Origin: Octopus vulgaris
Taxonomy: Eukaryota
Assembly (NCBI GenBank): GCA_951406725.2
Contig: OX597820.1
Span: 34,410,001 to 34,474,000, forward strand
DNA: 64,000 nt
Direction of reading: 5' to 3'
The notes under the pieces are model-generated. The model did no database searches. It was not told the origin of the DNA and saw only the letters and a program-made list of their open reading frames with translations. The position numbers and the translations under genes are program-made. Below are positions 27,872-41,183 of this stretch, piece by piece; the first letter of the stretch is position 1, and each line of letters starts with the position of its first letter.

Positions 27872-29929
27872 ATTATAGGCACATGCATAGCTATGTGGTA
27901 AGAAACTTGCTTCCTGACCTCATGGTTCCAGGTTCAGTCCCACTTTGTGGTACCTTGGGCAAGTGTCTTCTACTATAGCCTCACATTGACCAAAGCCTTG
28001 TGAGTGGATTTGGTAGACAGAAACTGAAAGAAGCCCGTTGCATATACATGTGTGTGTGTCTGTGTTTGTCCCCCACCACTACTTGGCAACTGGTATAGGT
28101 GTGTTTATCTCCTCATAACTTAGCAGTTTGTCAAAAGAGACCAATAAATAAGTACCTGGATTAAAAAATATATAACTACTGAGGTCAATTCATTCGCCTA
28201 AAAATTCCTTAAGGCAGTGTTCCAGTATGGCCACAGTCTAATGAGTGAAACAGGTAAAATATATATATACAGGGGGAGGGTGTTGCTGAAAAGTTTGTGG
28301 CTTTAATGGGTAACATGTAAAGCCTGGATGGAACTCCAACTTTCTGAGTTCTTTTTACAAGGCCTAGAACCAATACCTTATATGAAAATAGAAAGACTAT
28401 TTCCATAGGAATTTACAAAATCTTGTTACGAATCATTGTTATTTTAGTCACTGTCAGGAGGCGGCGTGCTCGTAAAAGTCGTTGGTGCGTCGGAGAAATG
28501 ATTTGCAGTATTCTTGTTCTTTCTGTTCTGCCAGTTCGCCACCTTCTTCGTGATGTTCATGCTGCTTCAGCCACTCATATATGACAGGCTTCTTTTTAGT
28601 TTCCATTTACCAAATTAACTGATCCTCCTGTATTTTCTTTTGGCTAGAAAGCTAGGATTGGATGAAAGAATCTTCACTGGCAGCTAATTATTAGAGCAGT
28701 GAAAATGTATGAAAGATAAGAGATGAGTTTTAATTAACTGGAAAATTAAAATAATTATCATAAATTCCTGTGTTGTTGTTCATTTAACTGTTTTGAAATC
28801 ACCACTAGTTCCATCATGTGAATACCTCATGTTTTGAAATGTTCCTCTTCCTTATTATCACCATTGTCATTGTCATCATCGTCATCATCATCATCGTCAT
28901 TTTCAATGTCTGCTTTTCCATGCTTGCATGGGTGTCAGACAAGATGTAGTCAGGCAGATTTTTCTGTGGCTCAGATGATCTTCCTGGCACTCAACTCTGG
29001 ATGTGCAGTCCTCGATAGCAGAAACAGCTGTAAGCCAATGAAAGTGACTACATAACTTCTGTTCTTTTGTTATTCATTAACACACACACACGCGCACACA
29101 CATACACATGCACTCACACACACACTTATGTATGTATATATATATATATATATCTGCATACATACAAGTTCGAACTGTTACAGCCAGTGCTTCTGCTGAT
29201 GCAGTGAACATGCTATAACAGACATGAGGTGTGTTGTTATGCTGCTCATGTTGTTATAGTCAGCACTTCTTATTTCTTTATTGCCCACAAGGGGCTAAAC
29301 ATAGAGGGGACAAACAAGGACAGACAGAGGGATTAAGTCGATTACATCAACCCCAGTGAATAACTGGTACTTAATTTATCGACCCCGAGAGGATGAAAGG
29401 TAAAGTTGACCTCGGCGGAATTTGAACTCAGAACGTAAAGACAGACGAAATACTGCTAAACATTTCACCCAGCGTGCTAATGTTTCTGCCAGTTCGCCGC
29501 CTTCTTCGTGATGTTCATGCTGCTTCAGCCACTCATATATGACAGGCTTCTTTTCAGTTTCCATTTACCAAATTTACTCAGAAGCAATGCTTTGTTTAGT
29601 CCAAGGCTATAGTAGAAGACACTTGCTCAAGGTGTCATGCAGTGCGACCGTGAACTTATCAAAAGCCACACAACCCTGTCTGAGTACTTCAGATTTGAAT
29701 TAAAACCATCCAAAATAATTTTATGTAAGACGCCTTTCATTAAATTAATAAAGATATTGCCAAATGTTTCACAGAATTCTTCATGATTTCCAAAATTAAT
29801 TAAACCACACATGTAGATTATTTCCTTTGAAATGACAGATTAAATGTTTAAATGCTTTTGGTTTTCTTTTCTTTTTTCCTATTTGCGTTCTCTTCGTTAA
29901 TTAACATCTCTTTGTCTCCCCGACGACAG

Positions 29930-29988
29930 ATGCTGGATGACCGTGGAAATACAGCTGCATATCTATTGTATGCCTACACCAGAATACG
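29930..29988 (+). CDS. RARS1: Arginyl-tRNA synthetase coding exon (missed by the ORF track)
   Basis: Acceptor tctccccgacgacag| and donor |gtaggt. MLDDRGNTAAYLLYAYTRI(R), the conserved GNTAxYLxYAxxR motif at the start of the anticodon-binding (DALR) domain. 59 nt, phase 0/2. Confidence 0.96.
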
Positions 29989-30158
29989 GTAGGTTCTTTG
30001 GCCATCGCTCACCTTCCTAAAGCTATTCTTATCTGGTTCCAGTTGTTGCTAGCACAGTGTAGATTGTACTGAATGACTGAAGATTTTGTCTAAATTTCCA
30101 CAACTTTCTCTGTCTCTTACACTCTCTCTTTTTATCTCTCCTTCTCTCTCTATCTCTA

Positions 30159-30222
<64 letters not shown>

Positions 30223-30320
30223 GCCCCTGGCTTCCCAGACCCCGGTCGAACTGTCCAACCTGTGCTAGTGTGGAAAACGGACGTTAAACAATGATGATGA
30301 TGATGATATCTATATATATA

Positions 30321-30401
<81 letters not shown>

Positions 30402-30719
30402 TGTGTGTATATATATGTATCTATTTGTGTATACATGTATATGTGTGATTGTATGTACATATATATATATATGTAGAGAGAGAGAAACAGAGAGGAAAGG
30501 ATATATATATATCCTTTCCTCTCTGTTTCTCTCTCTCTGATATTGTTTGTGCTTTAATGAATCAATCTGTAAATGAGAATGAAATTTCCTGTTGTAATGA
30601 TGATGATGATGATGATGATGCTGACTGCATTATTGCTGTTGCTCTAGTTGTTGTTTTTGTCTTACATATTACTGATGTATTGTTGCTATCGTTTCTTCTC
30701 TTGTTACTACAACAGCCAC

Positions 30720-31300
30720 TATTTCAGCTGTTGTGATGTTCATTCTGCTACAGCCAGCACTCCTGCTGTTGTGATATTCATGCTGTGAAAGCCGTGAAGT
30801 GTGTTATTGTGATGTTCATTCTGCTTCAGCTATCATTTTTGCTGTTGTGATGGTGATACTGCTATAGCCACAACTTCTACTGTTGTGATGTTTTTGCTGT
30901 GAAAGCCATGAAGTGTGTTGTGATGTTCATGTTGCTATGACCAGCACTACTGCTGTTGTAATGTTCATACTGTGAAAGCCTTGTGGTGTGTTGTAACATT
31001 TATACTGCTACAGCCACCACTCCTGCTGTTGTGATGTTCATGCTGCTACAGTCACAACTCCTGCTGTTGTGATGTTCATTCTGTGAAAGCCTTTAGGTAC
31101 TTTGTTGTTATGTTTATGCTGCTACAGCCACTATTCCTGCTGTTGTGATGTTCATCCTCTGAAAGCCACAAAGTTTGTTGTTATTCATACTGTTACAACC
31201 ACCACTCCTGCTGTTGTGATGCTCATGTTGCTACAGCTACTACTCCTGCTGTTGTGATGTTCAAGCTCTTACAACCATTATTTCTGCTGTTATGGTGTAT
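30720..31300. repeat. Minisatellite of about 35-40 bp units with two interleaved variants
   Basis: Unit A tgttgtgatgttcatgctgctacagccactactcctgc and unit B tgttgtgatgttcatNctgtgaaagccatgaagtg, about 15 units. Orphan units near 28548, 29170-29265 and 29507. Confidence 0.9.
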
Positions 31301-32600
31301 ACATCTAACCCATGCTAGCATGCAGAAATGGATGTTAAACAAAGACACTGATTACAACAATCCAGTATCTCTTCATTCTCATTCATTTTTTTATTGCATA
31401 ATATGAAGTGAGGTTGACCTGGCTGTGATTTCTTGCAGGTTAAGATATCCTGTAGATGCACCTTCCTTGGTTTCTGCTTGTTATTGTTTAACTCCATCAT
31501 CATCATTATCACTTAATGTCTGGCATCCTTGCTGGTGTAGGTTGAAGAGTTTGACAGGAGCCAGTGCAACTTAAGAAGACTGCATTGTGCTCCACTGTCT
31601 GCCTTGATATGGTTTCTACAGCTGGATGTCCTTTCTAATGTCAACCACTTTACAAGGTGTGCTGGGTGCTTCGTTTGTGGCAGCAGCACTAATGAAGATG
31701 GCCTTGTAACTTAAGATAAGAGGACTATAAGAAAAAAAAAAGGACAATGCTGATCTGAAAAATTTGTTATTGTTTAGTGCTAGATCAATCCTAAACATCA
31801 TCATCATCTGTCTGTTTTCCATGCTGGCATGGGTTGGACAGTTTGACAGGAGCTGGCAAACCAGAGGACTGCACCAGACCACAGTCATCTGTTTTGGCAT
31901 GGTTTCTATGGTTGGATGCCTTTCATAACACCAATCATTTTATGAGTGTACTGGGTGCTTCTACGTTATTCTGGCACGGGTGCTTTTTATGTGGTGCCTG
32001 CATGAGGGGTGTGGTGCCAACATCGGTATGGCACCAGCTTTGATTCAAAGTAATCCAACCATGACACTCCTCTTTTGTTTGTTTGTTTTTTTCTTTGCTG
32101 GAAATATCCATGTATAAGATTATATTATTCCATGTAGCCTTCTTCTGTGTATTTTTCTTTTAATGTTTATTTTAAGATGGTAGGGATGTGAGAGATTTAG
32201 CTGCTATTTTTAGTTTGTTGAGTGACTGTATAGAGGCTTTTTTCTTGGTTTGTGATTTGAAAACTACCGCCATTACCATTATTACTACTATTGCCACTAT
32301 CACTTGTACCGTTGTTGCTGCTTCTTCTACTACCACTAACACTACCACCACCGCTCTTCTACTCCTACTACCACTTACAACACCACTAACACCATGACAA
32401 TCATTATACTACTACCACTACTACTATTACTACTACTACTACTACTACTAACATCACCACCACCACCAACGCTACCACCACTCCACCTCTACAACTGCTG
32501 CTAACACCACTGCCTCTACTACTGTTACTAATGCTATCATCACTATTACAACCACTACCATCACGACAGCTCTACTACTTGTACCATCACCACCACCACT

Positions 32601-32648
<48 letters not shown>

Positions 32649-32759
32649 GTGCTGCTGCTGCTGCTACTTGCAGTTAAGGTTGTCACAGGAAGGAACACTA
32701 AATCTATTTAACAAGTTTTCACTAATTTTCCTTTTGTCAAGAGGAGGTGTGTGTGTGTG

Positions 32760-32818
<59 letters not shown>

Positions 32819-34110
32819 GTGTGTATGTGTGTTTATATATATATATATATTTATATTTCTGGGTAGCTTCAAGGTGAAGAAATTTGTGTGTGTCTGTTGA
32901 CATTTACTGAGTGTATGTGTGGGTGTATTTGTGGATGACTGTCAGGGTGAGGAAATGTGTATATCTGTGTTTTCCATGTGTGTGCATGTGCATGAGTGCA
33001 TGCATGTGTGTGTGTGTGTGTGTGTGTGTGTGCTTGTTACCAATGCTATCTTAAGACGTGAGCATACTGGACAGTTCCTGGGTGGTGAGCACAGATTTAG
33101 CAAACAAAATACTGTGTGTATGTATGCGTGGATGTATGAATGGATGTATACATGACTGTGCTGTGGATGGTGCATAGACACACATACACACCGCCCCACA
33201 GCACCTTATTGCCACATGCTTGGACTGGGAGGACTCTACTGTGGGTGAGACAGGGCAGTGTCAGGGGATGGGGGCTATCTATTGTATGTGTGTGTATGTG
33301 TGCATGCGTGCACATTTGGAGTATATCTTATGTGTGTAGGTGTGTGTGTGCATGTGTACTGGGGTTGTTATATGTTTGCCTCTGCGTGTGTGTGTTTATG
33401 TATTGCAGTGTGTCTGTTATATGTCCAGTGTATGTATACATCGTGTGTCTGTGTGAGTGTGTGTTACTGTTTATGCAATTATACATTGTGTTTGAGAAAT
33501 AATAAGCTTCACATACCCATACACATATACCCGTATACACACTTACATACATACATACAAATATATATATATATATATATAAAGAAGCTTGCTTTCCAAC
33601 TTTCCAACCACATAATTCCAGGTTCAGTCCCACCACTGTGTGGCATCTTGGGTAAGTGTCTTCTACTATAGCCTTGGGTCGACCAAAGCTGTGTGAGTGG
33701 ATTTGGCAAATGGAAACTGAAAGAAGCCTGTTGTATCTGTGTGTGTGTGTATCTCCCCGTCACTACTTGACAGCCGATGTTGGTGTGTTTATGCACCCAT
33801 AACTTAGTGGTTCAGCAAAAGCAACCAATAGAATTAGTGCTAGGCTTACAAAGAATTAGTTCTGAGATTGATTTGTTCAACTAAAACCGTTCAAGCCGGT
33901 GCTTCAGCATGGCCACAGTCAAGTGACTGAAACAAGTAAAAGAATAAAAGAATAAATATGCATTGGCACATTCATACACACACAGACACACTCCAAAAAA
34001 TAAGCATGTGTGCTTTTGTGTATGTGTGTGTGTGTGTGTGTGTATGATATTAATAGCTGTTCTATTTAATCCAGATGTTTTTGTAACATTATTCCTTTGT
34101 TGCCTTGCAG

Positions 34111-34358
34111 GTCAATTGCCCGTCTTGCCCAAGTTTCCAAAAAGACACTGCAGCAGGAAGCACTCACCTGTACCATTGATTTGAGCCACGAGAAGGAATG
34201 GAAGCTGGCCAAGTGCATTATGCGTTTTGCCGATGTGATCCAGAAAGTGTTGGGTGACCTCCTCCTTCATTCTGTCTGTGACTATGTTTATGAACTGGCA
34301 ACAGTCTTCACAGAATTCTATGACCAATGCTACTGTATCGAGAAAGATCGCCAAACAG
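34111..34358 (+). CDS. RARS1: Arginyl-tRNA synthetase coding exon (DALR anticodon-binding domain)
   Basis: Acceptor ttgccttgcag| and donor |gtatga. SIARLAQV...[57 protein letters not shown](G). 248 nt, phase 2/1. Confidence 0.97.
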
Positions 34359-34579
34359 GTATGATGTTTTCTTTGTTGTTTGTGTGTTTGTTTGTTTGAT
34401 TGTTTGTTTTATTTCTATTTATGGTGAGAGTAATAAGAACTCAGATCATACTTGCATGGCATACTATGTTTACACTTGTGCATATCATTGCATACACATA
34501 CACACATACAAACATATATTCATCCACACATGGTGATGATGATGTGTGTATGAATTGTGTGTGTGTGTGCATGCGCATA

Positions 34580-35339
34580 TAGTTGCACTTGTTTTAGCAA
34601 TCCAGTCACTTTGTGAATGCTCCATGGACGTCCTCAAAAGTAAATGTGTCCAGGACCCTTGTCACAGCTGCCTTCATCTTCTCTTTCAGCTAGGAGAACA
34701 ACTAAAAGTCACAGGGAGTAAGGCCTGGACTGTAGGGAATTTGAGAGACAGTTCTGATGCTCATTGCTGTCAAATTGTCAGTTAACCAGATTAGAATTGT
34801 GCATTGGTGAATTGCCCTGGTTCAGGTGCTCTGGCCTTTTTTCTGAACTCCCTCTAAACCTCCATAAAGTACTCCTTGCTGACCGTCTGGCCAGAGGGAA
34901 CCCAGTTGATGTATACAATACCCTTATATTAAAAAAAAAGGGAATTGTTATAATCTTTTTGGTGGACTTGCTCTGCCTGGCTTCTTGTGTCAGTGAGAGA
35001 CAGATACTTGGCTCATACACATTAGTCCATAAGCAATCTGGAGCAGTTCATAAGTTTCTGTAATGTATTTGCCCAGTTTGACATGAAACTTTATTGCACA
35101 GCAAAGCTTCCGATTTGTCTTCACACCTGGACTGCATTCTGCAAGCTAGTCAGCTGTGACAGAGTTTAGTAAAGTGTATTCAAAGTGCTGTTACGGCCAT
35201 GTCTTTCAGTATGGAATAGAAAAGTTGGCCGGTCAGATTATAAGATGTTTAGTAATGATATACTAAAATCACAATAATCTACGGCATTTATAACTGCCTC
35301 TTTTAAAAATGTCTCAAAACTTCTGGAATGCACCTTGTA
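34580..35339 (-). mobile_element. Degraded mariner transposon relic
   Basis: Minus strand gives ...LKEKMKAAVTRVLDTFTFEDVHGAFTK*LDC*NKC (mariner transposase C-terminus). The right end, tacaaggtgcattccagaagtt on the minus strand, is a mariner-type terminus next to TA. Confidence 0.55.
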
Positions 35340-35388
35340 TTTATGTGTGTGTGCACGCATGCGCACATGTATACATATATACAGGTGG

Positions 35389-35447
<59 letters not shown>

Positions 35448-36705
35448 CATGGAGTAGATGAAGCAGGGACAACTGATGAAGAGAATATTCTTTATGTTGC
35501 ATGTCTTGTTTCTCTGTTTATTTTTTCATTGTTCGAAAAAAGTTTGTTTTCTATTTTTTTGTATTTATGTTTTCATTTCTCATTGTGCTCAACGTTTTTT
35601 TTTTTGATGTCCTGTACCCATATATGCATGTATATATACACATATATAAGTAGGTATGTACATATATGTAGTTATATATGCATATGTTTATATATTATAT
35701 TATTATATGATCGAACACCACGCATCCTTTTCCAAGTAAGTTTTATATATATATATTGAACGTGGCCAATGCCAGCACCTCCTTGACTGGCTTCCGTGCC
35801 GGTGACACGTAAAAAGCACCTACTACACTCACGGAGTGATTGGCGTTAGGAAGGGCATCCAGCTGTAGAAACACTGCCAGATCAAACTGGAGCCTGGTGC
35901 AGCCTCCTGGCTTCCCAGACCCCGGTCGAACTGTCCAACCCATACTAGCACGGAAAACGGGCGTTAAACGATGATGATATATATATACATGTATGTATGT
36001 ATGTATATATATACACATACACACACACACACATTTATTTAAATATCTTCATCATCAACATCATCATTTTAACATCCACCAGAATTTGTTGAGGCTGATT
36101 TGCTATGACTGGATGCACTTCCAGTCACCAACCATCACCTGTTTCCAAACAAAGTAATATTTCCCCCATGGCTGGACATGACTTCAGAGAAGCAAAAGTG
36201 TGCCACTTGTGTGATGGTGTTACTCATTTGCATCTATCACTCAGTGTCAATATGAAGACACACACACACACACACTTTTTTCAGTTACCATCTGCCAAAT
36301 CCCTTCTGAAAGCTTTGGTTGGCCCAAGAAACATTTCCCCGTGGTGTAACGCAGTGGAATGAACCTGAAACCGTATGGTTGTGAAGTGAACTTCTTTACC
36401 ATGCAATCATGTCTGTGCTTATACACAGCATATATATATAAAAGGGTAAAGACCCCCTTCGGTCATGAATGACCATGGGATTGCACCTAGAAAGTTACCC
36501 TCTTAGACACAAGTCCGGGCAAGGTTGTTTATAGAAGACCAGCAGTTGCCCATGCATACCAGCCTCCCCTCTCCATGCCACCAGTGTTATCCAAGGGACA
36601 GACAAAGGTCGATACAGCTTGGCACCAGTGACGTCGCAACTCATTTCTACAGCTGAGTGAACTGGAGCAACGTGAAATAAAGTGCCTTGCTCAAGAACAC
36701 AACAC

Positions 36706-36751
<46 letters not shown>

Positions 36752-37082
36752 GTACATTTATTTATATATTATATATCAGCAACAATAATAATAAGAGTTA
36801 TTATGAAGTGGCGTAACATTCCCTGTTTATATATAAAAAGGATTAAAAGTAATGCTATGCCACTTCGTAATAATTCTTCTTATTATCATTGTTGATATTA
36901 TATACTCAGGAAACCTATAGAGTTAAGGTAATATATTAAGAATTATCCAACAGAATATATCTCTAAATTCTTATCTTATGAGAATACTATTAGATTTATA
37001 TATTAACTGTCGAATAACTCATTTTGAATACCCAACTAGGAATAAACCAGTAAACATTTGGAGTAATCCCTTACTATTTATC

Positions 37083-37123
<41 letters not shown>

Positions 37124-37231
37124 TAGAGGATTGATCACTAAAAGTGGACAGCCTTTATGCTAGATATAGATGTTAAAATCGCCATTTTCCATGGAGAATG
37201 TGTTCTCAAGAAAAAATTCAGCAAAAAAAAA

Positions 37232-38095
37232 CAAGGTGGTATCAAAAAGTTCCGGGACTAGTTATGTTTAGTAAAAAAAAATAACTTATTAACCTAAGTT
37301 TTAACATTACCTCCTTTGAAATAGTCACCCTGCACGGCAACACACCAGTCCCAGTGTTCCTACCATTTTTGCAATCTGGCCTGGATTCTGTAAGCAGGTC
37401 AAGGACCTTCTGCAGTTCGCTCTGGATCTTGACAACAGTGTTGAAATGATGACCTTTGAGCTGCATTTTCATCTTGAGGAAGAGATGGAAGTCTGCAGGT
37501 GCTAAATTTGGTGAACAGGGCGGGCATGGAAGCGATGCTATGTTGCTTTTGTGTGAGAAACTTACAAATCAGGAGAACTCAGTGACAGGGTGCATTGTCA
37601 TTAGGAAGAATTTAATTCTTTGCACTCCACAGATTGGGTTGCTTTTGCCTAATGTCCTCCCCCAAATGCTTCAAAATGTCACAGCAGAACTCTTGATTGC
37701 GGGTCTTGCCCTGGGGGGATGAATTCTCAAAGCATGACACCACATTTCAGAAGGTTACACTTGTGGCAGTTCTTCCACTTTTGAAGCACCCACGCCACTT
37801 GAAACATTGCATACAACCCATTGCCTCATTGCCGTAAGCTTGCTGAAGTATGCTCAATGTCTCTATAGTAAATTTCCCGAGTTCAGCACAAAATTTCACA
37901 TTCGCTCTTTGTTCCTGTCCATGACAAAATAGTAGACTACAGCATACACATGATCACAAATTTCACAACTTGCAAAGTAAACACAGCGATGTCACTCACG
38001 GAGGTCATTGCTAGCTCTCACTGCGCATGCAACTTTGTACTGCCATCAGTTGGTGCACTACAGAAATAGTCCTGGAACTTTTTGATACCTCTTCA
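37232..38095 (-). mobile_element. Internally deleted mariner transposon with both TIRs
   Basis: TIRs ggtatcaaaaagttccgggacta and tagtcctggaactttttgatacc. Minus-strand KMQLKGHHFNTVVKIQSELQKVLDLLTE... is a mariner transposase C-terminus, frameshifted. Confidence 0.8.
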
Positions 38096-38451
38096 TATAT
38101 GTGTGTGTGTGTCAAAACAATTGTAGTGATTAATAAACATTCTTGTATATTCCATCTTTCTCGTTAATTAAACATATATATGTGTGTGTGTATATATATA
38201 TATATATATTTATCATCATCATCATCATCATCATCGTTTAACGTCCATTTTCCGCGCTAGCACGGGTTGGACAGTTCGACCGGGGTCTGGGAAGCCAGGG
38301 GTTGCACCAGGCTCCAGTCTGATCTGGCAGAGTCTCTACAGCTGGATGCCCTTCCTAACGCCAACCACTCCGCGAGTGTAGTAATATGTATATTTATACA
38401 TATATATATATATATGTGTATATATATATGTGTGTATGTGTGTGTATATAT

Positions 38452-38493
<42 letters not shown>

Positions 38494-38985
38494 CTTTTAT
38501 TTCTTTTCTCTTTTAAATATACCATGGATAACATTCACATCCCTTTATTTACATTATTCACATAATAGTTTCATGCAATTCATCATCTAAACACCACCAT
38601 TTTAGTGTAAATTGGTGCTATTAATTGCTTAATATGATTATTATTAATTAGTCAAATACATATTAGATGATGAACTGGCAGAATCATTAGCTCATTGGAC
38701 AAAATGTTAAGTGGCATTTCTCTGGCTGTTTACAATTTGAATACAAATTCTGCTGAGGTTCACCTTATCTTTCAACCTTTTGGGGTTTTCATATGATAAG
38801 TACTAGTTGAGCACTGGGGTTGATGTAATTGACTAACACCCTCCCAATAAAATTATTGGTCTTGTACTAAAATTTGAAACTAGCTGCTATTTTTTTTTTT
38901 TTTTAATAATTTCAAAAATTGTTTTTAATTTTCACAATTTTCTATAATTTTGAATCCATCACTCTGCTGTCGTTTTTATTTCCAG

Positions 38986-39095
38986 GCGAGATCATTAAAG
39001 TAAACATGAGCCGTTTGCTGCTATGTGAAGCAACAGCCAATGTCATTGGTACTATCTTCTTCATCCTTGGTATCCAACCTGTCGACAAGATGTAA
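38986..39095 (+). CDS. RARS1: Arginyl-tRNA synthetase terminal coding exon (missed by the ORF track)
   Basis: Acceptor tttttatttccag|. (G)EIIKVNMSRLLLCEATANVIGTIFFILGIQPVDKM-stop (TAA 39093-39095), with the characteristic ArgRS C-terminal LGIxPxxxM. Confidence 0.96.
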
Positions 39096-39201
39096 TGGTG
39101 AAGACCAAATTATTTTATCCTCCATTTACACACACATATATATATATATATGATTTTTATGAATAAGCTGGATAATTTCCAAATAATTTCTTTGTGGGGA
39201 A

Positions 39202-39207
39202 AATAAA
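39202..39207 (+). promoter_or_regulatory. Candidate polyadenylation signal of RARS1
   Basis: First AATAAA about 107 nt after the stop codon, followed by a GT/T-rich tract (ggttttgactttttctttt). AATAAA is common in AT-rich DNA, so support is moderate. Confidence 0.5.
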
Positions 39208-39277
39208 TATATATTTACCAGGTTTTGACTTTTTCTTTTCTATTTTTTCAATTATTATTATTATTGTTGTTGTTATC

Positions 39278-40077
39278 AAGGCGGCAAGCTGGCAGAATCG
39301 TTAACATACCAGGCGAAATGCTTAGTGGTGTCTCACCTGTCCTTACGGTCTGTGTTCAAATTTTGCTGCGGTTGACTTTGCCTTTCATCCTTTCAGGGTT
39401 GATAAAATAAGTACCAGTTGAGTACTGGGGTCAGTGTAACTGACTTACCCCTTCCCCCAAGTTGCTGGCCTTGTGCTAAAATTTGAAACCATTATTATTA
39501 ATGTTGTTATTATTATTATTATTATGTTTTTTTCTTCTTTCTTCAAATTTTCTTCCGTTTCTCGCCGAGTGTTTTCCATACACCTAAGGCAGAGAAGGGC
39601 ATTGTATGCATTCCCAGATTACACACGCAAATTCACAGATAAAATATGTATTTAAAAATTAATAAATAAATAAATTCATGGATGGATGTTATTTTCACAG
39701 CGATAGTGCTCTTCTCAGTACATGAGCCATTCCAGTTAATACGATTTTTTACACTTCCTGTAGGGATGGTGAGCCTGGAATCATTTTCAAATAGGTTTCA
39801 GTACCTTTTTTTATCATTCCTAGAGATCCTACAATCACTGGTACTGTAGTCGCTTTGAGATGCCACATTTTTTCAATTATTTCAATTTCTATTAGCAGGT
39901 CTTTATATTTACTAATCTTGTCAAATTCTTTCGCTACTATATTGTGATCACAGGGAATACTCATGTCAATTAATAAACACATCCTTTTTGTCTGATCTTT
40001 TATAATAATAATAATAATAATAATAATTATTATTATTATTATTATTATCGTTGTTGTTGTTATTATTATTATTATTA

Positions 40078-40126
<49 letters not shown>

Positions 40127-40144
40127 CATTATTATTATTATTAA

Positions 40145-40180
<36 letters not shown>

Positions 40181-40392
40181 GGCGGTGAGCTGGCAGAATT
40201 GTTAACACGCCGGGCAAAATGCTTGACAGTATTTCGTCCATCTTTACGTTTTGAGTTCAAATTCTGTCGAAGTCGACTTTGCCTTTCATCCTTTCAGGGT
40301 TCGATAAATTAAGCACCAGTGAAGCATTGGGGTTGATGTGATCGACTTACCCCCTCCCACAAATTTCAGGCCTTGTGCCTCCAGTAGAAAGG

Positions 40393-40469
<77 letters not shown>

Positions 40470-40773
40470 GCACAGAAGCAGTACCGTAGCCAATAAGAGT
40501 TATCCAAGGCATGGTTATTATCATTATCATTATTATCACTACTATTATTATTAAGGTGAAGATCTGCAGAAATTGTGGGCCAAACAAAATGCTTTGCGGC
40601 ATTAACTCTGGCTCTTTGTGCTCTGAGCTCATATATAACTGAGGTTGACTTTATCTTTCATCCTTTTGGAGCTGATAAAGTACCACTCGAGTACTGGGGG
40701 CCAATGTAATCAACCAAACCTGTCACCCTAAAACTGCTGACTTGTGCCAAAATTAGAAACAATTATTATTATC

Positions 40774-40821
<48 letters not shown>

Positions 40822-40977
40822 GGTGGCGAGCTGCTGAGGTTGACTTTACCTTTCATCCTTTCAGAGTTGATAAATTAAGTACCAGTTGAGTACTGGGGTT
40901 GATGTAATTGACTATCCCACTCCCCCAAATTTCAGGGCTTGTGCCTATAATAGAAAGGATCATCATCATTATTATTA

Positions 40978-41024
<47 letters not shown>

Positions 41025-41144
41025 GTTATTATCATTATTATTATTATTATTATTGTTATTATTATTATTATTTCTGTCTTTGTATTTTCATCTATGTCCC
41101 TGTGACTAATAAGAAATTATTATGATTATTTATTTATTTATTTA

Positions 41145-41183
<39 letters not shown>

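Noticed and set aside
30720-31300. Regularly spaced repeats superficially like a CRISPR array
   Set aside because: Units are contiguous and degenerate with no unique spacers and no cas genes, in a eukaryotic intron. It is a minisatellite.
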